Below, piece after piece: positions 29,013 through 39,474 of a DNA stretch of 64,000 nucleotides. The position numbers were made by a program, and so were the translations under genes. Source of the DNA: a virus (taxonomy: Duplodnaviria > Caudoviricetes); the IMG/VR virus record IMGVR_UViG_2907408351_000001, positions 2,863-66,862 of that record; one strand, written 5' to 3'. The notes under the pieces are model-generated. The model did not search any database. It saw only the letters and a program-made list of their open reading frames with translations, and was not told the origin of the DNA. Numbering within the stretch: position 1 is the stretch's first letter; each line of letters opens with the position of its first letter.

Positions 29013-30962
29013 ATGGGAGTGATAGATTCGATTTCTGGCTTTGGCGGGAGCGTTGTAGACGGTGCGAAATCAGCGTTTAATTCAGTTACAGGAGGATCAT
29101 TTTCCGGAAGTTTAGCTCCAACTTACCAACCGCAGAACGTATTCTCTCTTTCCTTCTATGAAAAGAAAAACAACGGTTCCTACAATCTGGCCGGTGCAAA
29201 CGTTGATTCGAATGAATACTTTTTTGTAAATGGTCCGCTCCAATACACAGAGAATTTTAAATACCGCGTCGGAATTGAAAAAACTTTTGGTGGAGTTGTG
29301 GTTGTTGATTATGGACCCGATAATCATGAAATAAAATTAGAAGGTGAATTCCATATCTACCATTTAGGTTTACCTGCAAAGCCGAAGTCTGCAATTCCGG
29401 GTGATACAGGCGCAGGTTTTATCCAATCCGCGTTCTCGGCCGCAAAGAGCATTGTTTCAAATTCTGTAAGTAGCTACTATGATAAAATCAGAAGTAGTTA
29501 TCTAAGTTTTGGAGGAGGGGAATTTAGGTCGGGACTCCAAGAATTCCAGGATTTTATGTTTATCCTTCACTATTCGAGAAGTCTTGATCCGGTCCAATAT
29601 ACCTCTAACGATCCTCAAGGATCTAAGATTGCAAAACTTTTCAGAGAAAGACGTCTCACTTGGAAGAGTCACGCAATGGTTTTTCGGGACTATGACAGAA
29701 ACCGAACCGTAGAGGTAGTCATTCCGTCCAGTGGTTTTGCGATAACTCGTTCCGTATCTGACACGAATACTTACAAATATTCTTTGAATCTGGTTGTTGT
29801 ACGCGAACTTGATTCTTCCATAACGAGCCAACTCATACGAAGTAACTTTAATCCGTTTCGAACCATTTCAGGACTCATGAATGAATTAGAAAATATCATA
29901 AATCTTCCCTTGCAGTTATCAGGTGCGCTTCTTGGAGTCGCGAGAGGGGTTCAAGTATTTGCTAGTTCTACTAAGAGACTTCTTTCCTCCTGGGATCGAA
30001 TGAAGGACCAATTCAATGCTCAAGGGAAATTAGCGAGAAAAACTTTTGAGAGTGCTAAAGCTGATCTTGGAATCAAATCAAAGAAACGGGGATTTAATGC
30101 GGAAGAAATCTCGCAGAGAATTGACGATGCTTATCGAAAATCGAGATCGAACGAGGCAGATTTTAGACAAAATTTAGAAAAAGCCTCCTCGGATTGTAGT
30201 GCCTTAATTTTACTTATTGCTCAATTTACGATTCCGGTTCAAACGGGGGGATCGTATGAATCTATGTCTCTCCTACCGAACGCCGATTTGAGTGCTTGGA
30301 TTGATAACGACGTTTACCAGTTTGCTTTGACTGCAAATCAGATTCTTTTAGAAACTCAAAGCGCAATTAACGAAGCGGCTGTTGATAATGAATATTCCAT
30401 TCATTATGTGTCGTCTGGGGATACCTGGGAGTCGATTGCAGAAAAAAAATTAGGGGATGTGAATTTAGGACAAGCACTAGCGCTGTATAACGGACAACAT
30501 GAGACTACCATTCTTGCAAGACGCGCAATTAAAATCCCTTACGGAACTAAAACAAATGTTTTTACGGTTTTGCCGGACAATCCAACTCCAAAGGATTTAG
30601 AAATCGGTCTTTTAGGCTGTGATATAAAACTCACTGAAAACCGAGGGATTGCGATTTCGCCAACTGGCGATTTGGAAATTGTGGAGGGTGATGAGGCTCT
30701 CGTAAATGAAAAGCTGGATCATATTGATATAGTGATCGGATCGATTCCGGGAAGTCCGGATATTGGGAATCCGATTGCTTGGGGAGAAACCCCGGATGAG
30801 ATTTACAGTAAGGGATATATTAAGGAATTATTACGACAATTCAAGTCCGATCCAAGAGTAAATGACGCTCGTTTTCTTGGAGTGATTCAAGACGGGGATA
30901 AGATTCTATTTCGCTTTTATTTGGAATCGATTTCAGGCGGGAGTAATATCATTTCGATATGA
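29013..30962 (+). CDS. baseplate protein with LysM and C-terminal gp25-like region
   Basis: HYVSSGDTWESIAEKKLGD..LALYN (LysM); GCDIKL..GDLEIVEG..DPRV. Confidence 0.7.
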   Translation: MGVIDSISGFGGSVVDGAKSAFNSVTGGSFSGSLAPTYQPQNVFSLSFYEKKNNGSYNLAGANVDSNEYFFVNGPLQYTENFKYRVGIEKTFGGVVVVDYGPDNHEIKLEGEFHIYHLGLPAKPKSAIPGDTGAGFIQSAFSAAKSIVSNSVSSYYDKIRSSYLSFGGGEFRSGLQEFQDFMFILHYSRSLDPVQYTSNDPQGSKIAKLFRERRLTWKSHAMVFRDYDRNRTVEVVIPSSGFAITRSVSDTNTYKYSLNLVVVRELDSSITSQLIRSNFNPFRTISGLMNELENIINLPLQLSGALLGVARGVQVFASSTKRLLSSWDRMKDQFNAQGKLARKTFESAKADLGIKSKKRGFNAEEISQRIDDAYRKSRSNEADFRQNLEKASSDCSALILLIAQFTIPVQTGGSYESMSLLPNADLSAWIDNDVYQFALTANQILLETQSAINEAAVDNEYSIHYVSSGDTWESIAEKKLGDVNLGQALALYNGQHETTILARRAIKIPYGTKTNVFTVLPDNPTPKDLEIGLLGCDIKLTENRGIAISPTGDLEIVEGDEALVNEKLDHIDIVIGSIPGSPDIGNPIAWGETPDEIYSKGYIKELLRQFKSDPRVNDARFLGVIQDGDKILFRFYLESISGGSNIISI

Positions 30963-31678
30963 GAGGGTCATTTTCGAACGATCCTTTTGATTGGCAGGAA
31001 AAACCGCAGTCCCCGGATGCGAGATTGACTCCTGTGATGATCGCGACCGTTACTGAAGTTCTTCCCCGTTTCCGCGCAAATGTTCTGACAACTTTTGGGG
31101 AACCATTTCAAAAGGTCAGGTATTTTGGACCTTTTTTAAAACAAGGAGGCGATGCTCACGGTCGAGCGTTTGGTCTTAAAAAAGATCAACTTGTATTACT
31201 TGAGTTTATAGGAGGTTCTTTTCGCGCTCCTCTCATTACTCAAGTTTTTCCATTTTCAACAAAGGATTCCGATTTATCAAACATTCAAGACTTCTGGAAT
31301 AAATTTTCTTTTATCGACCCGGAGACCGACATCATTGATTTTCACGAGTCAGGCTACGCGGTTCGTCAAACGACGAATAAAATTGAGGTATATAACGAAT
31401 CGCAAGAAGTCGTTTTGAAACTTGATTTTACAGTCAAAAAAGCAACCCTCACGTTTGAAAATGTTGAGATAAATTCTAAAGTTCAAATAAACGGCGATAC
31501 GAAAATCGTAGGGAAAACGACCTTCGAGGGAGATTTGGACATCACCGGAAAAATTGAAGCAACAGAAAAAATCATATCCGATGTCGATGTAATCGCGGCG
31601 GGAACTTCTTTAAAAGAACACGACCATCTTTATAACCCAGGACCATTGCCCCCCACAAAGACAAGTCCTCCGATATGA
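30959..31678 (+). CDS. baseplate central spike (gpV-like)
   Basis: OB-fold N-terminus, beta-helix repeats, terminal SLKEHDH. Confidence 0.8.
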   Translation: MRGSFSNDPFDWQEKPQSPDARLTPVMIATVTEVLPRFRANVLTTFGEPFQKVRYFGPFLKQGGDAHGRAFGLKKDQLVLLEFIGGSFRAPLITQVFPFSTKDSDLSNIQDFWNKFSFIDPETDIIDFHESGYAVRQTTNKIEVYNESQEVVLKLDFTVKKATLTFENVEINSKVQINGDTKIVGKTTFEGDLDITGKIEATEKIISDVDVIAAGTSLKEHDHLYNPGPLPPTKTSPPI

Positions 31679-31701
31679 CCTAATCCTTTAAAATTTGCTT
31701 T

Positions 31702-33270
31702 GTGCCGAATCCGCAATCCGATTCTGACAAAGTAGAAAAAAAAAGAGAGCGAATAGACATTGGACTTCCACCAAAGTCGTTTGCGATCGAGGTCCATTTA
31801 CCAGGATCGTCCAGTAATATTTTCTTTCCGGTAGAATACGTAACAACGATCAAATCTCATCGTTCCATTTCCGCGCAAAGAGGAGGAATCTCTCTAACAA
31901 TTCCGTACCAAGAAAGTTACTTCGTACAACGTAATACTGAAACTCCGCTTCCTTTGTCTCAAATTAAAGAAGGAGAATTTTTAAGATTCAGAGATATATT
32001 TCCGGTCCGAAGTATCGTTTTTATTTATTATGATAATGGATCAGGCAATTCAAAGGAAAGTAGCTTTAACAAATTAAATGTCGGAAAGGTAAAATCTACG
32101 TCCAGAGAATATTCAGCAGAGGGAAAAAGTTTTGTAAGCGTGACCATTTCACCAATTGAAACCCTTCTTTCGGATACCGATTTTTTTATCGATTATCAAA
32201 GAACGGAAGGAGTGCCACCTACACGAACCCAAGAATCTTACGCAGGCGTCATCACAAAAGCTACGAAAGTATTTTTGCAGGGACAGCTATCCGATTTAAT
32301 TAAAAATTTTTGGGATGAATTTTTTTGTTCACTTATGAACGTTTCAAGATACGCAGATCATCCAGTACTTTCACCGACTTCACAAAACGATCCAGATTCT
32401 ATTTTAACGATCCTTCTTCCCAAAAAAGCATACACGGAATTTTTCACTTACGAATCACAAGTATTGTCTAGCTTTTCGATCGGCTCTTATGTTAATTTTT
32501 GGGAGATTCTAAGATCGTATGTTTCTGAACCCCTCTATGAATTGTTCGTGGATCCACTTCAATCGTTTCAAATCGACGGATTATTTGGGAAAGGAGTTTC
32601 ATTAGGAGAGATTGGATCGAATGTGATCGAGGAATACGAGGTAGGAAGAAAGGAGGCAAAGGTCGTTTTTCGGCCAACTCCGTTTTACATGTTCGGAAAG
32701 GATGGAAAATACAGGGATTTAAAAACCTCAAATATCGACGCTTGTTATTATTTTGCCTTTGATGACCTCAAGAATTACCGTATCGAGGATTCGGAAGATT
32801 CTGTAATTGCCGGAGTTCACGTAATTCAAAGCACATTTCAACAATTTGGCACCGTCCTCTCCGAACCGAAATACGAAGACAAACTCCGTTCTATTTTTGG
32901 CCCTAAATTACTTCACGTAAAAATGGCGGGACTCGTTTTTAAAGAAGAAAATCTAAACGAAAAAAACAAAGAAAACTACAAAAGCGAACTCGCAAAAATT
33001 CGAGATAGGCTCTTTAGTATTTTCTGCGATATAGAAGAATTAAAAATTGCCAGTGGCTCATTTGATCTACCCTTTATCCCTTTACGTCCGGGAATACCAT
33101 ATCGAATCGAAATGGACTCTTCTAAAAAATATCCGATGCCGGATGACGAGATCAGTGAGTTTGGATATATCACAGACGTAATCGATGAATTCTCTCCCGG
33201 TCAAGCGAAAGCAAATACAACCATTTCTTTTAAATGGAGTCCTACGTCTTCAAGAGCCTATACAGATTAA
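31702..33270 (+). CDS. baseplate hub (gpD/gp44-like, putative)
   Basis: Position after the spike; LRPG...GYITDV..F C-terminus. Confidence 0.55.
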   Translation: MPNPQSDSDKVEKKRERIDIGLPPKSFAIEVHLPGSSSNIFFPVEYVTTIKSHRSISAQRGGISLTIPYQESYFVQRNTETPLPLSQIKEGEFLRFRDIFPVRSIVFIYYDNGSGNSKESSFNKLNVGKVKSTSREYSAEGKSFVSVTISPIETLLSDTDFFIDYQRTEGVPPTRTQESYAGVITKATKVFLQGQLSDLIKNFWDEFFCSLMNVSRYADHPVLSPTSQNDPDSILTILLPKKAYTEFFTYESQVLSSFSIGSYVNFWEILRSYVSEPLYELFVDPLQSFQIDGLFGKGVSLGEIGSNVIEEYEVGRKEAKVVFRPTPFYMFGKDGKYRDLKTSNIDACYYFAFDDLKNYRIEDSEDSVIAGVHVIQSTFQQFGTVLSEPKYEDKLRSIFGPKLLHVKMAGLVFKEENLNEKNKENYKSELAKIRDRLFSIFCDIEELKIASGSFDLPFIPLRPGIPYRIEMDSSKKYPMPDDEISEFGYITDVIDEFSPGQAKANTTISFKWSPTSSRAYTD

Positions 33271-33351
33271 AGAAAAATCGGTCCGTTTCGAATTCTCTGT
33301 CTTTAAAAAACAAACTCCGATAGACGCTTTTGTTTTATTTTTTCGGGCAGA

Positions 33352-35775
33352 ATGTCTTCTATCCGTGAAGTCGTAAAATCCACTTTACTAATTCTAAAAT
33401 CGAATGAAAAGCCGGTAGGCTGGCCTTCAACTCATGCTGACGGCTCTGTTTGGCGAAAGGTAAAACCTTCCGGTGAGAAGGGAGCTTGGGCTATGATTAA
33501 AGCTCCCTCGAGATCTCGCGCATCCAAACTAATTGCAGATACGGTAAAAAACACCGAATTTAATTCAAAATCTTCGAATAAAGATAAGGAATCCCCTCTA
33601 ACTGAAGAAAAGAAATTCAACCGAAGTTCTGAAAGTAAACAAAAACGCGAAAAACAACTAAGTCCATCAGAGCCGAGTCTTTTCGATATTGCGCCTAAGA
33701 CAGTAAAAAAATTCGCAAATCAAAATTACAAACCCAGCTACTTCCCTGTATCGATTCGAAGTTTAGAGGATTTCATTTTACAGGTAAAAAATTCCCTCAT
33801 AGATGCGGGACTTAATAACCGTGCAATTGAGTTCGAGGAATTTGCTAATAGGGAAGGGAATAATCTAAATAGCCTCTTAAACATTTCCTACAAGTTTGTT
33901 AGCATCACTTCGGAAAACGTAAATAAAATTATTCGTTCTCTGATTACAGCAAAAGTCCATGAGTCAAAACGATCTCTCTCCGAGGCCATGCTTGGAAATG
34001 ATAATGCCGCAGGGAAACATGACGTAGAGACAACTTCAAATTCAATTCTAACCGCGAACACTTTGTCCGGAGTGGTAAGCCATTTACAAGATTCGAATTT
34101 AACGATAGAGGAAAGTCGATTTGTAGAGCGCCTAAAAGAATCGGTAGATAAAAAACAAATCGCCCCATCCATATCGGTAAAAATCAATGACGCACTTTCC
34201 AAACTGGTTCAAAAAGAACCGTCCATCGTTTTAAAAATTATTCGTAACTATATTTCAGAATCCTTACTCAAATATAACGAAAAAAACAATCCTAAACCGA
34301 TCGAAGATGATACTCCGATTAAACGAGCGGTAGTTTCTGCAAAATTTAGAAACCTTGCCGATGCTATGGAAGAATCGATTCGTAACAAAGAAAGTCCTCC
34401 TATATCAAAACAAAACCCAACCTATCGCAGAGCAAGAATCGCGGATTCAATGTATGAAGATGCAAAGAAGATGCGGGACATTCAATCTGCTCTACGAGGA
34501 ATAGCAGAGGAAGTGGACTTAGGGGCATTCCCTGAAAATCTCAAAAGAATAAAAAGTAAAAAAGACATTGAAGAAATTCTCAATGTTTCTAGGTCCCTAA
34601 ACAATAACAGAACCCAGCAACACTCACAAGATCAAAAAACCCTGACTGAAAAAATATCAATATGGTTTCGAAAACTTGATTCTCGGTTCATTTCAGAGAA
34701 ATCATCGGATCGTATTTCGGTTTCAGGTAGTAATAAAATATACGGTCATAACCTTACTTGGGCTTATGAAAACGGACTGATTACAAAGTCAGAATTGGAA
34801 GGAGCAAGTAAGCTCCAAAAAACGATTCCTTCCCGTGAAGCAGAATTTATCGATACTTCAAATCTTGATGAGGCTGAATCTTTGAAACGCCTCATGGATA
34901 AGTTTAATAAAATCGAGCAGTGTTTATACGCGCGTCCAGCTAAACCTGATACTAAAAAACCAGTAATCATAGAAGGAAAGCCTTATGAATTATATTTCAG
35001 AGGAAATCCCTATCCAAACTACAACGAAAGGACTTTGGCAGTTTTACGACTTGGACTTAGCACATTTGAACAAGTCCATGAAGCTGGTCAGTATCTTCGC
35101 ACACTCATTGCAAAAAGCAAGAGCGCCGGACTCGATCCGAAAAAAGTAGAAATTCGAAATCTGGAACGAGATTTGATTGGGAATAAAATTCCAGGGTTTT
35201 TCCCAACTCCAAAACCCTTGGCTCAAAGACTTATCCTGGAAGCGGATATAAAACCTGGAATGGACGTTCTCGAACCTTCCGCCGGAAAAGGGGATTTAGC
35301 CGAAACGATTTCGGAAGAAACAGGGATTCATCCGGATACAATCGAACCAGTGTATTCATTAAAAAACATATTGCAAGCCAAAGGATATACGGTAGTCGCA
35401 GATGATTTTTTAGATTTTGTTGATAAGAGGTATGACCGAATTCTTATGAATCCTCCTTTTGAGAATGGCAACGATATCCGCCATGTCAGGCACGCATATT
35501 CACTTCTAAAACCCGGTGGTAAACTAGTTGCGATCATGTCTGAAGGTTCATTCTTTCGCCAGGATCATAGATCGCAGGAATTTCGTAAATGGCTTACAGA
35601 AAAAGGAGGAGTTTCCGAAAAGTTACCCGAGGGATCTTTTAAAGGTAAAGATTCTTTCAGACAAACCGGAGTTTCTACGAGATTAGTCACTCTAACAAAA
35701 CAGTCAGACGATATTCGTTATGAAAAAAAGATGGAAGAGGGAATTTCACGTAACTTACTATTAGCGACATTGTGA
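33352..35775 (+). CDS. large protein with C-terminal gamma-class N6-adenine methyltransferase
   Basis: FFPTP, VLEPSAGKG, LMNPPF, LKPGGKLVAI. Confidence 0.85.
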   Translation: MSSIREVVKSTLLILKSNEKPVGWPSTHADGSVWRKVKPSGEKGAWAMIKAPSRSRASKLIADTVKNTEFNSKSSNKDKESPLTEEKKFNRSSESKQKREKQLSPSEPSLFDIAPKTVKKFANQNYKPSYFPVSIRSLEDFILQVKNSLIDAGLNNRAIEFEEFANREGNNLNSLLNISYKFVSITSENVNKIIRSLITAKVHESKRSLSEAMLGNDNAAGKHDVETTSNSILTANTLSGVVSHLQDSNLTIEESRFVERLKESVDKKQIAPSISVKINDALSKLVQKEPSIVLKIIRNYISESLLKYNEKNNPKPIEDDTPIKRAVVSAKFRNLADAMEESIRNKESPPISKQNPTYRRARIADSMYEDAKKMRDIQSALRGIAEEVDLGAFPENLKRIKSKKDIEEILNVSRSLNNNRTQQHSQDQKTLTEKISIWFRKLDSRFISEKSSDRISVSGSNKIYGHNLTWAYENGLITKSELEGASKLQKTIPSREAEFIDTSNLDEAESLKRLMDKFNKIEQCLYARPAKPDTKKPVIIEGKPYELYFRGNPYPNYNERTLAVLRLGLSTFEQVHEAGQYLRTLIAKSKSAGLDPKKVEIRNLERDLIGNKIPGFFPTPKPLAQRLILEADIKPGMDVLEPSAGKGDLAETISEETGIHPDTIEPVYSLKNILQAKGYTVVADDFLDFVDKRYDRILMNPPFENGNDIRHVRHAYSLLKPGGKLVAIMSEGSFFRQDHRSQEFRKWLTEKGGVSEKLPEGSFKGKDSFRQTGVSTRLVTLTKQSDDIRYEKKMEEGISRNLLLATL

Positions 35776-35855
35776 AAAAGGTTAAGAAATGAAGTGATAT
35801 GACCAGAAATAAAAATCCCCTTCTCCGATTCACACAGGCATAATAATTTATTTCA

Positions 35856-36245
35856 ATGCCAACTTTCCTTGGTCCATTTACTTTTGACGATTTTCCGGAG
35901 GATAACCGATTGAAAAAGTTGAACGTAGCAGAAGCTGAAATCGATTTTTCAAACGCGGCCGGCACAATTAACTTAGGAGATATTTTACAGGTTAATTCCA
36001 TCGTTGTTCAAGTATTTGTAAGAGTTTTAATCCCTTTTAACGGCTCACCAAACTTAACTGTAGGAGATACAATTCTTGCAGACAAGTGGCTCGATCCTGG
36101 GGGCACGGATTTAACCGTTCCAGGAATATTTTTAGGACTTGCATTTGATACAATTACTGCACTTACGCAGGCCCGAGTCTATTGGAATCCCAACGGTTCT
36201 TCTGTGGGAAAATTGAGAGTCTATCTTTTAGTCTCGGATCCATAA
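35856..36245 (+). CDS. beta-rich virion protein (head decoration-like, putative)
   Basis: 129-aa beta-sandwich-like ORF with the late promoter motif. Confidence 0.5.
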   Translation: MPTFLGPFTFDDFPEDNRLKKLNVAEAEIDFSNAAGTINLGDILQVNSIVVQVFVRVLIPFNGSPNLTVGDTILADKWLDPGGTDLTVPGIFLGLAFDTITALTQARVYWNPNGSSVGKLRVYLLVSDP

Positions 36246-36344
36246 GTTATGATAATTAAAAGATTTCGTTCGGGATATTCAGAAAATACAAACTTGACAA
36301 TATTAGAAAAATGAAAAATCTATACCACCTGAATAGGTGCAAAA

Positions 36345-36560
36345 TTGAATTCAGATAAAGAAATCAAAAAGCTTTTTTATATGGGGTTCCCGATGTACGG
36401 TTGGCAAGAGAACGGAGAATGGTTTGTGACGGGATTTTTTCGATATATTCCTATCCTTTTTCCCGTAAGCGAGGAAGGTTGGCTTTTTATTGAATATAAG
36501 TGTTGCTACTTACGGGTTCTTTATAAATTTTTGCGTGGTGATTTCGTAAAAAATAAGTAA
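36345..36560 (+). CDS. hypothetical protein
   Basis: 71-aa ORF with TTGACA and AGGTG upstream. Confidence 0.45.
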   Translation: MNSDKEIKKLFYMGFPMYGWQENGEWFVTGFFRYIPILFPVSEEGWLFIEYKCCYLRVLYKFLRGDFVKNK

Positions 36561-37457
36561 TCAATGTCTCGATGTACATATCTTACAATTGCATGTTTGA
36601 GAAGTAAAATGTCTAACGCCGACAACGGCATTATTTATTCTGTCCGCTCTTTGAAAAATTATATTAAAAAGAGTGTCTTCAGAATTTTCTAGATATCTTC
36701 TTAATGAATAAGAACATAAATCAGCAATTTGAATCATGCTAGTAAGTTTAGAATCAACAAAGAGCGGAGTTTCAATAATCTTTGTTATATTGCCCCAAAA
36801 TGTACCATGATTATGAAAATGACGCATCAAATCCGTATGTCTTTTTTCTACAGTATCATTATTATCATGAATTAATAAACCATAGCTTTCAGGTACTTGT
36901 GCAGATCTATCCATGATTTCTAAATATTTATGAAATCGATTTACAATTTGCTCAAGAGCATGCTCATCTAAAGGCCTTGCAGAAATAGTCGGGTTGAAAT
37001 GAAGTTTATCAATACATTCAGCGAATAGTCTGGCGTAGCTCCAATTTGCAATTGTATGTGCTAATTCAGTAATAAAGTTAAGACGTTCCGAATGTGTGAG
37101 GTGGATATATGGGGTGGTTTCTCTATAATTTTTTTTTGTTTGCTTTAATCTTTTAGAATTACCTAATCTTTGAAGTCTGTGTATTTCCGATATTCGGAGT
37201 TTTTCCACTTCTTGCCTACGACTTATATAATTCAAAGATTCAAAATTCGGAATATTCTGTTGTTCAATATACGATCTTAAAATCCAACCGGTATGAATTT
37301 CGGACCCTTCAAGATTAAATTTTCGTTTAATTATATCGATTTGTCGTTCACTATTGCTCCAATATTTTACAGGTATTGATATTCCTGCCAAAACGTAATG
37401 ACTAGTATTTCCAGGAATACTTGGAGTTCCGGATTCATCCAGATAGCAAAGATACAT
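36561..37457 (-). CDS. DUF3800-type (RNase H-like fold) protein
   Basis: MYLCYLDESG..YVLAG..EIH..FVDSK...IQIADLCSY; AT-rich gene opposite to the late genes. Confidence 0.8.
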   Translation of the reverse strand: MYLCYLDESGTPSIPGNTSHYVLAGISIPVKYWSNSERQIDIIKRKFNLEGSEIHTGWILRSYIEQQNIPNFESLNYISRRQEVEKLRISEIHRLQRLGNSKRLKQTKKNYRETTPYIHLTHSERLNFITELAHTIANWSYARLFAECIDKLHFNPTISARPLDEHALEQIVNRFHKYLEIMDRSAQVPESYGLLIHDNNDTVEKRHTDLMRHFHNHGTFWGNITKIIETPLFVDSKLTSMIQIADLCSYSLRRYLENSEDTLFNIIFQRADRINNAVVGVRHFTSQTCNCKICTSRH

Positions 37458-37466
37458 AAATTTTAT

Positions 37467-37546
37467 GAGGACGGCGACTGGCGATGGGGCTGAAAGCCCC
37501 TCGTTGAGACGCTAGGCGACTCATTCCAGACGCATTTGGAAGGCTA
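37467..37546 (-). ncRNA. candidate DUF3800-associated structured RNA
   Basis: GC-rich 80-nt island 10 nt upstream of the ATG with two hairpins and repeated short motifs. Confidence 0.55.
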
Positions 37547-37791
37547 CATTAAATAGACTAATTACACAAGCGATTTTCTTTATTAATTTTTCACTTTTTT
37601 TCATTATAATAATCGGTTTTTTATAATAAAAACATTATTCATCTTTTGCTTGTTCTGAGCGTTCTACATTAAAAATTTGCAAGATTCTTTAATCAAACAT
37701 TTGATATTCTAATCTAAGATAATTTCAAAGATAGAGTCAGTAATCGAATCTACCCACTTCCGATTTTTAATTTTCAAATACAAGGGTCTCT

Positions 37792-38679
37792 ATGTCAGAG
37801 ACTCAATTTCTTCATCCATTCCAAATAATGAAAGCCACTCCGGAGGATCGGACTGGCGCAATCAAGATTCTTGTCAAAGCGTCTTCGGAACGAGAAGACA
37901 GACAAGGGGAAGTCATCCTTAAATCTGCTTACGCGGATCCTTCGATGCGTTCGGAGTTTACTTCCCAAGGATACTTCGACTTTAACCATCTAACCGATCA
38001 TATCGATAAAGAGATTCGAGATCTAAAAAACGAGGGGAAGCTAACCGGATCTCTCCTCGTCGATTTACAAAAATCAAAAGCGGAAGCGATCATCGGCGCC
38101 CCTGAACAAATCGGGTTAAAAGAAGATTTTCCGACTCACTACGGAATCAAAGACGACGGACTATATATCCTAGGGAGACTTTTTCCAGGAAACAAATTCG
38201 CAGAGGAAATTCGAAAAGGGTTACAAGCCGGGTTCCAAGGTTGGGGAGCTTCCGTTTCCGGATTCGCCCGACCACAAGACTATCAAGGAAAGACGATTCG
38301 CAAAATTCTTCTTCGTAAATGCGCGATCGCTCCACTCCAAGAAGTAATCAATCCAGATACCTCGGTTCAATTGATAAAGGGTGCGATTTTTCTTCGAGAT
38401 ATCGAGAAGAGTATTTTAGACGGATCTGACGAATTAGAACGCCTCTTACGAATCGAACGTAAACTCAACTTCTTAACAAAACTCTTTCAATCGGATCCCG
38501 AAGCGCAAGACCGCTTTGTCGAACTCATCATCTCCGATATTTCAGATCGTGTTAGAAATCAGGGAATGGAACTTCGGTCCGCCCTGATTCGCTCGGTTCT
38601 CCAGACAGAATACAGCATCGAAGGCGAGGATTTAGAAAATCTCACCGACGCGATATTCCTAAAACTGAGTGGAGAATAA
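37792..38679 (+). CDS. prohead protease (putative)
   Basis: ASSEREDRQGEVI, FDFNH, GASVSG, AIAP..INPDT; upstream of scaffold and capsid. Confidence 0.75.
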   Translation: MSETQFLHPFQIMKATPEDRTGAIKILVKASSEREDRQGEVILKSAYADPSMRSEFTSQGYFDFNHLTDHIDKEIRDLKNEGKLTGSLLVDLQKSKAEAIIGAPEQIGLKEDFPTHYGIKDDGLYILGRLFPGNKFAEEIRKGLQAGFQGWGASVSGFARPQDYQGKTIRKILLRKCAIAPLQEVINPDTSVQLIKGAIFLRDIEKSILDGSDELERLLRIERKLNFLTKLFQSDPEAQDRFVELIISDISDRVRNQGMELRSALIRSVLQTEYSIEGEDLENLTDAIFLKLSGE

Positions 38680-38682
38680 TCG

Positions 38683-39474
38683 ATGATACAAGATGCGATC
38701 AATCGTCTGAAGGAGCGTGTAAAATCAAAACCCGTAAAAAAATCAGACGGACCAACCGGAGAAGACGCTCCTGATTTACAAACCTTAGCCTCGCAGGTAA
38801 CGACGTTACTTGATTCGGGAAGTGTGGTCCCTGAAACGGATAAAGTAAAGGAGTGGGCGATTGCTCAAGGGATTTCGGAAGGAGAAGCTGCCTCCTTTGC
38901 AGACGATGTGATCGATGCGTATTTTGACGACAATGACGGAAACGAAATTGCAAAGTCCGAACTCACGGAATCCGAAAAGAAGAGCAAAGAAGGAGAAGCA
39001 GAGAAAGAAGAAAAGGACAAGAAAAAGAAAAAAAGCGAAGAAGAATCCGAGAAAGAAAAAGAGGTCGAGAAAGCTCGCCTTGAATTTATCTCAGAAATTC
39101 AAAACACCTTAGAAGTTTTAAAAAGCGGACAAGAAACATTAGCGGCCGCAATCGAGCATCTCTTAGATACTGCGGAAGATAATTCACAGCTTTCTAAAGA
39201 AGTTCAAACTCTAAAATCCGAAATCGGTGCGCTTGCAAATCGTCCAGCGAACGAGAAAACCCCAGTCACTTCTAAAATTCAAAAAACAAACGATCCCATA
39301 AAGGGAGGGGGGTTAGTCACGGGTAAGGACCGAGATCATATCGGAAATCTTATCATCAAAGGAATCGAAGCAGGTCATTGCCAGTTAGAAGATATCGCGT
39401 ACTTCGAGTCTACCTGGAAACTTTCCGACCGAGCTCAAGCATTCATAAACGAATACAAAGAGGTTCAAAAATAA
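38683..39474 (+). CDS. head scaffolding protein
   Basis: Glu/Lys-rich coiled coil between protease and capsid. Confidence 0.7.
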   Translation: MIQDAINRLKERVKSKPVKKSDGPTGEDAPDLQTLASQVTTLLDSGSVVPETDKVKEWAIAQGISEGEAASFADDVIDAYFDDNDGNEIAKSELTESEKKSKEGEAEKEEKDKKKKKSEEESEKEKEVEKARLEFISEIQNTLEVLKSGQETLAAAIEHLLDTAEDNSQLSKEVQTLKSEIGALANRPANEKTPVTSKIQKTNDPIKGGGLVTGKDRDHIGNLIIKGIEAGHCQLEDIAYFESTWKLSDRAQAFINEYKEVQK

